Part shown: positions 12,801-24,800 of the stretch, one piece after another
Layout of the letters: each line of letters begins with the position of its first letter
Position numbering within the stretch: position 1 is the stretch's first letter
Assembly: GCA_964487475.1 (NCBI GenBank)
Contig: CAZAPM010000015.1
Coordinates: forward strand, 1-50,516
DNA: 50,516 nucleotides
Direction of reading: 5' to 3'
Source: an uncultured Planctomycetales bacterium
GTDB taxonomy: Bacteria > Omnitrophota > Gorgyraeia > Gygaellales > Profunditerraquicolaceae
Program-made: the position numbers and the translations under genes
Notes under the pieces: model-generated
Seen by the model: the letters and a program-made list of their open reading frames with translations, nothing else
The model's database searches: none
What the model was told of the DNA's origin: nothing

Positions 12801-15800
12801 CGCGCAAGGAGCGACCACCAGCTGCTCCAGTTTCACTTCGCCGTTGGCGCCGTCGAAACTCGTCGAAAGATACCCCCGCACCTTTGCTCCGGTATCCGCA
12901 TACACCCAGAGCTTCGCCTTCGCATCGCGCGTGATACGCGAGGCAAATGCGGAAGCCAACACCACCTCGCCTTCGGGAGGGATCAGCATGGAAAGTTCGC
13001 TCAATACCGGTGCATCCTCGGCGCGGGCCGGCCTTATGCCTTCGAGAGGATCGGCGTGCAGCAGGGATACGTCCATCAGGGAAACCTGGCGCGTCCACGG
13101 CACGAAGCCTGTGATCAACAGGTCATCGGAAGTCTTGCCCTGTTCAAAGAAGAATGCCCCTTCACTAGTAGCGACGATACCGGCGCTGCGGCTATAGCGG
13201 CGTACCTCCACCTGCATCTGTGGATACCTTCCGGCGATCAGCCGAAGCTGGGCATCGAGCAGAGGATCATCCCCCTGCGCCGCGTATAACACCATCTGCG
13301 CCGGGCATCCCGCGAGATCGGCGCACACCACCCGAGCCAGCTCGGAAAGCATCCCGTAACTCCCGAATCCGTCGCGTGCCCATACGTGCGCAGCCGCTGC
13401 CCTCTCCCCGTACGGTCCCTGCGCCCAGGCTGCGGCAGCAATGCAACTGGTGCACCCCGAAGTGCCCAGGACGTCCCGCGATCCGAACTCCTGCTTCACG
13501 CATGCCCATCCCTGCAGGGCATACGCCATATCCAATTCCCGGTACGGACCTCTGCTTCCGGGGACATAAGGAGAATCCGTCCGGACAAGGGTGTTCGGGT
13601 CCCTGGCGGCGAACACCCTCCACCAGCCAAGCCGCGCAAATGCGCTGCGGCTTAGGTACGCCCATACATCCTTGAGGGTAGGATACGGCGCGGACGGCAT
13701 CACCTCGAAAAACGCCTTGAGCTTATCCTCCGCCGCACTCCCCGCTCCCAATACCGCAGGCAATGCGATCCCGAGAAGCAGCCCGGCACCGAGCCCCTGG
13801 CCGAAGAGCGCGCACACGCTCGCGCCCGCCAGCAAACCCCAGAAATGGATCCTCCTCGCCACACTGCCGCGGTTCTGGATATCACCGGCCTGCACGCGGG
13901 TGAACATACCGGCTGCTCCCTGCAATATTCCCGCGAACGGCGCAGCCATAAGCCTTAGCGATCCCTGACGGACGCCTGCATGGACACTGATAAGTATGGT
14001 GCGAAGGACGGAAAGCGCGCAACGGACCAAAGAGACGGGATGGCGCATACGGGGATGCTTTTGCAGTGAAAGGAAAAGATTGCGCACCGCCTGACGCATG
14101 ACAAAAGGCGTGACAACTCCCCCTGAAGTGCTCGCACTCTTGTGCCACACCAGGGACCTGCGGGTGACCGCCAGGTTGAACCCGGCATCCACCATCCTCT
14201 GGGCCAAGTCCATTTCCTCGCCGTACGCGAAATAACGGGCATCCCATCCTCCGGAAAGACGCAGCGCCCGGGAAGACACGAGCATGCACATCCCCCGAAC
14301 CTCATCCACGCGCATGACATCGGGGAACGATTGTATATCGGTCCTTCCCGCGCCGATCGTCGAACGCCTGAATAATGCCCGGCGCATGGAACGGCCGCCG
14401 TAGTTCTGGATGCTACGTGTCGGCCGGTTGCCCTTCATCTGCAGCACCATCGGCCCGGCGACTCCTACGCTTCCCCGGTCCAGGCCGCATTCCGCGTCCC
14501 CCTCCAGGCACAATCCCACCAGAGGCTCGATGAAATGCGGGGCCACGCACATATCGTTGTTCAGGAAAAGCACGTACTCCGCGCGCGCGACATCCAGGGC
14601 GTGATCGATCACCACATTATGCCCCTCGTCAAAACCGAGGTTCACGGGACTGCGCAGCATCACTAAAGGTATCGGAGAGTACCACATCGCTCTCAGGCGG
14701 GAAAGTTCGCAGGCGGCAGAACCGTTATCCAGCACCACTACTTCCAGCGGCCGGTAAGACACGTGCATCAGACTGCGCAACAGCCGCTCCGTATCCTCCC
14801 ATCCGTTATGCACCAGGATACTGATTACCACCTTGGGAGGCCCGCGTCCGGCATTCGCTCCGTCAAATCCTACGGGGACCCGGGAAACGTACGGGTCGAC
14901 ATCGGCCATCCACGCCAGGTCCTTCTCCCAGCGTGCCCGCGCATGGGTATCCCACTCCGGCATCTGCATGAGCCTTTTCAGGAATATCGTGCGGTGCAGC
15001 GATTCCAAGCGGGTAAGCGCTGCGGATTCCTCCGGAGACAGCCCTGCCACGCTTCCGGCTACCAGCAACATCCCCGCCGCGCCGGCCAATCCCTGCACTC
15101 CGAGGAGAAAGAACATGAGCGCCAGCAACGCCACGGAGTAAATGGCCAGTTTTCCGTTGCGAAAATCGAATTTATCCGCGATACGGGAGGTGATCCCTCC
15201 CCGGGAACAATCCTGGGTCACGCGGATCATATCGATCCCGGGGACAGCCCGTAAACGGGCGAAAGCCCGATAGAACAACGCCGTACCGATCCCCCGCCAC
15301 CTCCACTGGCGGTGCACGCAGATCGCGCTGATCTCCCCTTCCCGCACCTCGGAGAACACCCGAGTGACATTGTACCCTACCACCTCCGTACCGTAGCGGG
15401 CGACCATGATCAACCCGTACGGATTTCCGGGGGTGAGGATATAGGACCTGACCGCTTCCAACCCTGAAATGAACGTCTTTTTAGGATCGGCCCCTCCCAC
15501 GAGATCGGGGGCAAAATGTTCGAACCAAAGACCCGTAATGGCCGACGCATCCCTTTCTCTCGCCTCCTCGATCAGCACATCCAAACGCGAAGGTTTCCCG
15601 GGATCGCCGTAGAAATACTCCGAGCCGAGCACGCTTCCGGCAAGCACAATCCCTGCGGCAGGACCCCATCCCAGGAAAGCGGCAGCCAGACCGGCCGCAG
15701 CCAGCAGGAAGACTGCGGAAAGCCGGGGAAACACAGAGGCGGCGATGCGGTGATAGTGTTCGGAGGGAGCGGTGGAGAACAGTTTCAAGCGGGACGGTGC

Positions 15801-18800
15801 AGGAGGTCCGCGGGGTGAATGCTGCGGCGCAACCCCCAGCAGCTGCCGGGAGAAATGCTCCCGATGGATCGCCACATAATCGACAGGGTCCAGCACCAGG
15901 ACCGCCAGGCCCTGCTCAGCCAGGTATTCCATCAACCCCTGCTTAAAGGAAGTGAAATGCGTGCACCCCAGGATGATCCCGTCATACTTTTTCAGATCGC
16001 CGTATGTTTCCAATCGCATCAACAGATGCGCAAGCGTCTCCAGGGTCTCGGCCCTCTCGATCAAGGGGACCAGTTCGCCGACCGCCAGGGAATCGACCGC
16101 GATCCCTAAGGATTCACCGATCATCTGGTAATGTCCCGAATCGACGGTCGCGGAGGTGGCCAGGAGCAGCACATTGCGGCATCCGGAAGCGCGTAGCATC
16201 TCCCTGACCACATCGCTGATACCCGATACATTCACCTGATACTGCGCTGCCAAAGCCTTCAGGGACACCCTGGTGCAGATGGTATTGCAGGCCACGAACA
16301 CCGCCCGGGCCCCGTGCGCCACCGCGGCATCCATCAGCCCGCAGGTAAGCGTATACAGCTCTCCCGTGGAACGCGAGCCATACGGGCAGTTCGCCGTATC
16401 CGATACCGCCACCACATCCATCCCCGCCTGGTGGAAGACTTTGGCGGAAAATAGCGCGCCGATGCCGGAATCGATCACCGCCAGCCTTGCGCTCGGAGAG
16501 AGCACCGCGTGCAGCGGTTCGGAAAGGAAATAGATATCGAATTCCCGCGGGTCACCATCCACTCGCGGCCAGCCGTTGACCAGCCGGACCTTATCCAGCG
16601 CCTCGGGGAAAAAGGTATCCCGCTCCGTGATCCTCATGATGCGGGCCCCGTGCGCATCAGGCTCGACCACGAACTCTCCGACCGGCATCTGGTAACCGTG
16701 ATGGTAAAGCTCGAAGTGCCGGATGGTATCGGGGTCGAAAGGCTTATCATCCTTATCCACGAACCGCACCTCGGCCAGCCCCTCAGCAGCGATCTTGCGC
16801 AGCACATGGACGACCTTGACGTTCTGCACCTCAAAGACCCGGCACATCCCGTTCCCGGCCTCGAGCAGCCTGCGCAACAGCGCTTCGGTGATCCCGGAGA
16901 CTTCGCCTACCCGGTTGATGTTCTGCAAAGTCGGGACCGCCGCGCCATGGTCCAGGGAGAAGTATGCCACCGGGGATTCCCGCGCGCCGAGCACGACGTA
17001 ACTTGCGCCCGCATCACCCACTCTCCTGACCTCGTGAAGGGTACCCTTGAGTTCCAGCGGCTTCACGAGCGCTTCATGCGCCCCGCCGACGCGGCCATGC
17101 GCCGTATCGGGATCGATCTCCTGTGCCGGCACATACCAGGCACGCTCCCCGGGGGGAAGATTCTTCCATTCCCTCGCGGAAAGCGCATGCGCGTACTGTT
17201 TCTCACCGCTGATGAAGATTTCTGCGACCGCCGCCGCCATATCACGCTGCCCCACGCGGAGTGCGGAAGATTTATCAAGGTAAGGCTTACCGTCCGCCAG
17301 GAATACCTCCAGCTCGCGGAAATATTCCGCCACCTCCGCTTCATCGATCTGCGACTCGGCAACGGCAGAGGTCTGCCTCAGGGCCTTCACGAAACAGGTC
17401 TCGGCGCGCAGCATGGATTCCGTCTCATCCAGATATTTCGAGAGCTGTTCACGCGCGTCCCCCGCCAACGCATGCAGCTTTCGGCGGATATCGCCGAATG
17501 CCACCTCCCGTGCGCTCAACGAAACGAACCGGCGTGTCTGATACTCTCTTCCGCTCATTACGCCCATAAGCACGGTCGTGATCTCATCGCGCGCATACCA
17601 GCCCAGGAATACCCGGCACGGCGAAGCCCCGGACTGACCCTGCACCTCGAAAGAATGATAGTACTGGGTCCACCGGGAAAGCGGCGGCGCACACAGCATG
17701 GTAAGCCGGGGCAGCATCCTTTCCCACTCGAAGCGGTACGCATGCGAGAAGGCGAACGCCAGCACTTCCCGCAACGGCACATCCCTGCCAGCCATCAGGT
17801 ATGCTCCCCTGTCCGTACGCAACAACATCTGCTTAGTCTGGCCGAGCGATTCGGGAGCGGTAAAGAACCGCACCTTGGCGCCCGTCTTCAGGACCTCGTA
17901 CCAGGCGGCAAGGCCGGCCATACCCGGGACCTTATGCAACTGGGGCAAAGCTTGGGACTTTTCCAGCAATCCCGCGATGGCCGTAAATCCCCTGTACTCG
18001 CGCGGCACGTCAACCACGACGTTCTCCGGCAGTTGCTCCACTCCCGCGAGGCGCTCCCGGGCAATACCTTCGAAATATCCCGCCAGCAGGATATCCTTGG
18101 CCTGCGCCGCAAGGGATATCCCGGAACCCGCAGAGGTCATCTCCTTAAGCATCGCGGCCACAAAATGCCTGTTCACCGGATACGCCGCCCATTTCCGGGT
18201 ATATCCCATTGCCGCCGTCTCCCCCATCTCGTCCGGAGGAAGATGGAATCTCTCGTGCCCGGCCAGTACGCCTACCCGCGCATCCCGGCTTAAAGAATCG
18301 AAGAAGCGCCAATGGACCATCAGCACGTGGCCCTCCGATACCTCTGCCAGCACCAGCCTGCCTCCTCCCACAACCACTACGGTATCGATCTGCTCGATAA
18401 AACACTGCTGCAGAGTATCGTTCACCCGCTCCTCCAGCTCCTCCAGCTCCGACTCCGACACCGGCTGCCGGCATCCCGTATCCGGGACCGCGGTCTCGAC
18501 CGTAAAGACGCCCTCCCGTTTCCTCAAGACGACGGTATATTTATCGACCGGCCGGCACAGCGCGGGAAAAGCCAGGCCTTGCGGCTGCCCAAAGCTGCTG
18601 CCGCGCTCAAGGCGCGCGAGCAGCGAGAAGAAGAACCGCAGGTAAAGCCGGGAATCTTCGGTAAGCGTGGAAAAATCGGAGACGTGGTAATTCTTCCGGA
18701 TGAGGATACGGCCCAAGGCGTAATCGACGAGCGCAAAATCCGGGTGAGCGGAGAATATCCCGGAAGCGCACAGCAGAAGAAGCGCATAATACTCGTTTTC

Positions 18801-21800
18801 TCCGGGATACGCTCCGAGCATGGTCAGCACGCGGCGGTGATTCGAAGCATAGAACACCTGCACCATTTGTTCGGTAAGCCTGGCCAGCCTGTCCCAATCC
18901 GCCTCTTCCTCCACCGCTCCTTCTCCCCAGGCCCAGTCCTGGGCGTGCGTGGCGAGGTAATCCGACATCAGATGCGCGCAGGTATGCGCCACCTCCGCAT
19001 TTGCGCCGTTGGCACAGAAAAACAACTGCAAGGCGGAATGCCGGGTGGAATCATACACGAATTCCGGATACCCTCGGGTCAGCGCCTCAGCCCTGACCGG
19101 GGAAACGACATCCATCAGCGCTTCCCTGGCGTCGGTGAAATTCCCCGAATCCAGGCAGATCTCGGCGATCCGCATCGAGATCAGCGGGGGACGGATGCCT
19201 CCCTGTTTCAGGGAAACACGGTAATACTCCAATGCCTTGGTCAGAAAGAACAACGCCGCCTGTTTCCTGCCTCTTAAGTCACAGATGGTCGCCAAGTTGG
19301 AAAGGCAATCCCCCGCCGTGCAAAAAGAGGACTGGATCAGCACATCCTGCCGCACCGCTTCATCCAGGTCCTCGAAATCGGCTTTGATCTGACGGATCTC
19401 CTGCCGGGCATCTCGCAGCTTGGAACGGATGGCGCGGACGTGCCCGGACCAATCGATGTCCTTGAACCTCTCCAGCGCCCAGAAAAGCCAAAGCCGTACT
19501 TCCGGGGATACCAACAGCGGATCGAGCGCCATCTGCATCAGCGCCTCGCGGGACTGCGGCCCGCCGATTATTCCGGCGGCCTTGACGCATGCGGCACGGG
19601 CGCGGTAGTACGGCTCACGCTTCAGGTGACGCGCCAGCAGGGATGCGGCGTTGCACCGTGCCTCTTCGTCACGGTACCTGGCCTGGCCCAGAAGATAGGC
19701 GGCGATCCTGCGGTCGATCTGATACTCCACCCCGTCCTTCCCCAGCACCTGCCGCAACATCTCCTGCTGCTGCGGCCTGATCTGGCCGCTGTACACCTCG
19801 TGGAATACCGCCAGAAGCAGCGCGGCCTTATACGGCATCTCCCAACCGCTCATATCCTCCACCATGAGGCCGGTTGCGGCACACACATCCTCCGGCAGGA
19901 TCCCGGGAGTCTCCCGCTTCACGCGCGTCACCAACGCGCGCGTTGCAACCACCTGCCGCAGCCTGGCCGCAGGCACTTTCTGAAGCACCCGGGTATGACG
20001 GTACAGCGCGGTAGAAAGCGCATACTGCAACGTGGAGAACTCGTCATTCATGGTGCGCACGATATCCACCATATGCACCAGGCCGCGCGTCCTCTTCAGC
20101 TCATAGATCAGAGACCACATGTTCGCCAGGGTCCGGTCCGTGATCCCTCCGGACATATGCTCGTAGGAATGATACCGGTACTTCCCCTCACAAAGCGCGT
20201 TCAGTATCTCATAACGGGCGGCATAGGCGCCTCCCACATTGGCGGTCGAGAACGGGATGAAAAGCGCGGCCCGGCTTTCGAGATTCATGATCGCGGAGGA
20301 GGTAGCGGCATGCGGGGTAGCCTCGATGACGATGGCCCCGTTGAAACGCTGCGCGTCCTCCCGGTCAAAGCTATGAGGCCATCCGGTCAGCACCAGCACG
20401 TCCGCCCGGGCATACGACTTTCCTCTCGACTCCCCTTCGCTGGGAAGGCCGTGAAGGTACGGATGATTCGATCTATACGCCTCCATCACCCCCTGCAAAG
20501 GCGCAAGATTATGGTCCTCTATCCTCTTGTTCACTTCGTGGAACAGCTGCGCGGGCACGACCCCGGAGACCGCAAAAAGTTCCAGCGCATGCGTGCGCTC
20601 ACGGGGATCATCCCGGCCCTGGATGCCGACGATCTCCATGGTCACCCTGCCGAAATAATCCTCGAAGAGCACCTTAGTGAACCCGGCGGCATATTCGTTG
20701 TTGTATCCGTGTATCGCTACCCGCAGGATATCCGGCTGTCCGTCGGGACGGTACGGGATATGTTTAAGGTACCACTCCCGCACATACCCGTTGCGGGCCA
20801 GACCCCAGGTCGCGACAAAAGGGCTTACCCCTTTAAGCTTGATGCTCCCGAACTCCGGATCGATACCCACCGCCGCAGGCAGGGGAAGGGCCAACCGGTT
20901 ATCCCTGGCTGCCGACCGCGCGGCGTCCCTGATCAACCGCATATCGCCGTAATCAAGGCGGGTACCGCGGGAAGCCACATAGCATTCTCCCAGAACCCGG
21001 GCTAACGTGACCGCCACTGCCCACTGCCTGAGCACGCGCGGCTTCATGGCCTGAGAGGACATCACGATACGCGTATACGCGCCGCTGAAAGGGCTTATCC
21101 CCAGGTGCTCGTCATCCCGGCTGCGCGCCAGCAAAGGCACCACGGAAAGGAACTTACCCCTGATCTCGCCGTAATCCGCCGCACCTCCGGCATAGAACAC
21201 GTCTACCGGCCCCTCCGCAATGACCGTCCTGGGTTGCAGTGCATTGCCGTGCAGCACGGTCAGCGCTTCGAAATCCATCCCCGAGGTCACCGGGTCATCG
21301 TGGTATACGTATACCAGCCTCCAGGGCATGCCCCGGCCCCAGAGCTGCACAGGAAGCGCCCGGATGAAAGGTTCCGGATCGAGGACAATGGCATTCGCCA
21401 ACGCATGCCTCCTGCGGAAAGGGATCTCGATCGTATCGAAGCGCACCGCGGCCCGCAGCGCCTTGGCCAACGCGTTTTTTTCCTCCTCATCCTGTATCCC
21501 GGGGACCAGGGAAGCCAGCCGCAGCAACGCCGCCTGCCTCTGCGCTTCCCCTTCCCCCTGCCCCGGCGCGTAGCTGCCGAAACCAAGCAAAGACAGTATC
21601 AGGTTGACCGCTGCGTGGGGAAGGAGCAACCCTGCCAACCACGCGACCGGCCCCATACCGGTAAGATACGCGATGGAGCAGGCACCCAGGGTCAAAATGG
21701 AGATCACCAGCTTTTCGGGGGAGAAAGCGAACTTCATCCTGGAGGAAAAAGTGGCATCGGTGAGCCCGAGCACATGGAAGAGATGCCAGGCCAGCAGCAG

Positions 21801-24800
21801 ACCAAGGAGCGTCCAGGGGTGCAGCATGATCCCCAGCATCGGCAGATGCAGCATTTTCGAAACCGCCCATCCGAGCACGCCGACGGCAAGGATCTTCTCC
21901 ACCAGCAGCGGGCCGACCACGGTATGCCTTCCGTACAGCCGCTCCATGAACGGCCACACCCCTCCGCGGATATACGGATTGCGCAGATGCCTGCGGAACG
22001 TGTACACCTTTGCGAGCATCATCACCGCGTCCTTATCCAGCTGCTGCAGGGTACTGGCGGCATTCGAGTCATGCCAGGATATCGGGACTTCCGCGACCTT
22101 CCCTCCGGCGAGCACCGTCAAAAGCAGCAGCTCCACATCGAACGCCAGGGAAGTATCCCGGGCAAACGCCAACAATATGCGCAGCAGAGCGACGGAAAAG
22201 AGCTTGAAACCGCGTTGCGTATCGAAGATGAAACGCAGGAGCGGCTGGAGGAAATGGATGCACCGGATGAACGCCCGGCTGGAGAACATCCGGTGCAGAG
22301 GCACCCCCCGGGCATGTCCCTGCGCCATCCAGCGGGACCCGATGGCGGCGACCAGCCCGCCACCCCTAAGCTCCTTGAGCAGCAGTCCAAGCTGGAGCAG
22401 GTTGGTAGAGCAATCCAGATCGGTATACCCTATGGCGTGCGCCCATTTCTGGAGCAGGGCATGACGCATACCCCACAGCACCGCCCCTCCCTTCCTGCTG
22501 GAAATGATCCGTTTCACCTCCGGGGTGATCCGGTCGATCACTTCGATCGAGCCCGGGTCAAAGTCTTCTCCCTGCAGCCCATACTCTTCGCTCAAAGCAT
22601 TCCGCAGGACCTGCACGCAGCGCGCCGAACGCAGGCCCGGCGTGCCGTCATCCACGAATATCAGCCGGAATCGCACATGAGGGCTGACTCTCGAAAGTTC
22701 TTTCAGCTGCCGCACTTTCTGCCGAAGCGCATCCTCCCCGTACGGATTCAGGTAAGGATCGCGGGGGCAAAGGCGGCGCACTTCATCGTACATCGGAACG
22801 ACCAGCGCAACGTTCACCGGCTGGCGCAATCCCCGGATCACTTCGAGCGAAGCATCGATCTTTTCCTGCTCCTGCGCATCCCGGGGGCCCGCTGCCGGAG
22901 ATGCCGGCAGCGTGGTGAGCGCGGAGAAGAGGAGCTCCTGCGCCATTACGTGCGCTTCGGATTGTTCCATCCCCTGCTGCTCGAACATCAACGCCAGCAC
23001 GATCCGCACATACTCTGCGCGACAAGCAGGATTAAGGAGAAATTGCCGGCCGGCGGTAAATCCGTTCACCTTCACATCCAGCAGGGAAAGCACGCGAAAA
23101 AGCCACGCCGGCCCGGCCCGGATCAACCCGAGAGAGGCCACCTCCTCGGTAAAAGCCTTGCCTGCGGAGGCGCCCCGGGTACGCTCCAGCACCATCCGCA
23201 CCGCATCGAGATATCCTTTGTCGGGAAGCGCAAAGGCGCCGGAGGATTTCCGGCAGGCGACCGCCGCAAAGGAATACACGACGCCCGCCGCTTTACGTTC
23301 ATACGGCAGCGCCTCCTTCCCGTCAATCCGGCTGATCGCCCGCACCTCAAAACAGTACCACTCCTTCAGCCAGAACCTGCCCCAGGCTTCACCGGCACCT
23401 GCCACCAGCCGTATCAGCAGGGGCGTCTGGCGGTTCATCAGATACGCGGAAAACACCGTCATGCACAGGTCCCACACCTGCTCTACCGGGACCTGCAGAT
23501 ATCCGGGGAGGAAATTTGCGACCAGGAACGTCTTGGGCGTCCCCAGGCACACCTTGGCGGCCAGTACGTCCGCGGTCTTTGCCGACTCATAGGAAGCCGC
23601 TCCCATAAGGGTACGGGCAAGGCCGATGGCTTTCGCCAACAGCAGGGAAAGGATCGCGCCGCCGACCAACGCGATCGCAGGCTTAAAGACAAGCAACGCT
23701 CCGGCCGGCCAGGCCGCCGGCAAAAGATGCACCAGCGCATAGATCACGTTCGTCCCCGCTCCCTGCACGATGCCGAACAAAGAGACCATGGCGCTTTGTC
23801 CGTAGCGGATCACCCTGCCCTGATTGAGGTACTGGCCGAATACATCCGCAAAGAAACAGATCACCATCCCTGTCGCCATGTCCAGCAGCAGACCGGTCGC
23901 GATCCCGGACACTCCCGGAAGCTGTTTTGCCGCCAGATACCACCAGAAAGCCCCGGAAAGATACCCGTAGCCGATAAGCACAAGGAAGATCGCAAGCACA
24001 CAGAGCACTGCCGCCAGGCGCCAGGCAAAAGAGAGGTAAAAGTCCGGATACACCTTATCCAGCAGCTCCACGGCTTCGGGAGCGATCCGGCTGAACATCC
24101 TGCGGCTGATCCTGTCCGCCCGGCGGTGCGAACGGCCTTCGACCCGCTCGATGTATTCATGAACTGCCAGCAGGTTAAGCGCGCTGAAACAAACCTTGCC
24201 CCTCCCGTCCTTTTCAGCGCTGCGCAGCGCCTCGTACACGACCTCGGGAAGGAATACCAGGAGCCTCCCTTCCCGCACCAGCGCCCACACCTCATTGGAG
24301 GCAACCCGGCGCACTGCCGGCGGCGCATGCGCGGCATACTCCATGCGGTAGAATTTGACCGGCATCCCCCGGACGTGCATCAGGGCATTACCCCACACCT
24401 CGGTCCCGGAAATATGCCCCTGATCGTACTCCCCGGCCAGAAATGAAACGTCCTGCGCGAAGTTGCGCCCGAAATATCCCGCCGGCCCGGAAAACGCCAG
24501 CGGCACACCGGCAGCCCGGGCCATCAACTTTGCATCGACCCCGTGATCGGCAGCCACTGCCGTCACCAGACGGGACCTTTCCTGATCCGTCAGGTGCGCA
24601 AACGTGACCCTTCCCTGCGCGGCGTCACGGGTGACCTCCGCGTGCGTCTGTACGCTTAGCCGATGCTTGGCTGCGGCAAAGTATCCGAAATCCGAACTTT
24701 CCAGCACCCGGATGAGTTCCAACACAGCCAGGAACTCCGGATTCGTCACCGGCTCATGATAGGAAGGTTTTTTCTTCCCCTTGGAAGGAACATACACGGA

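Noticed and set aside
8710..16490. Calling stand-alone genes murI and ald
   Set aside because: They have no stops or independent starts of their own and are domains of the continuous ORF, so no gene symbols were assigned.
21105..24446. 1113-aa + strand ORF, and the other long + ORFs (1047-2594, 7236-8642, 16509-18293, 19440-21005, 27645-29249, 29712-31472, etc.)
   Set aside because: All share the register exactly antisense to the giant ORF. Their translations are R/H/P/Q-rich with no motifs, as expected for shadow ORFs in GC-rich coding DNA.
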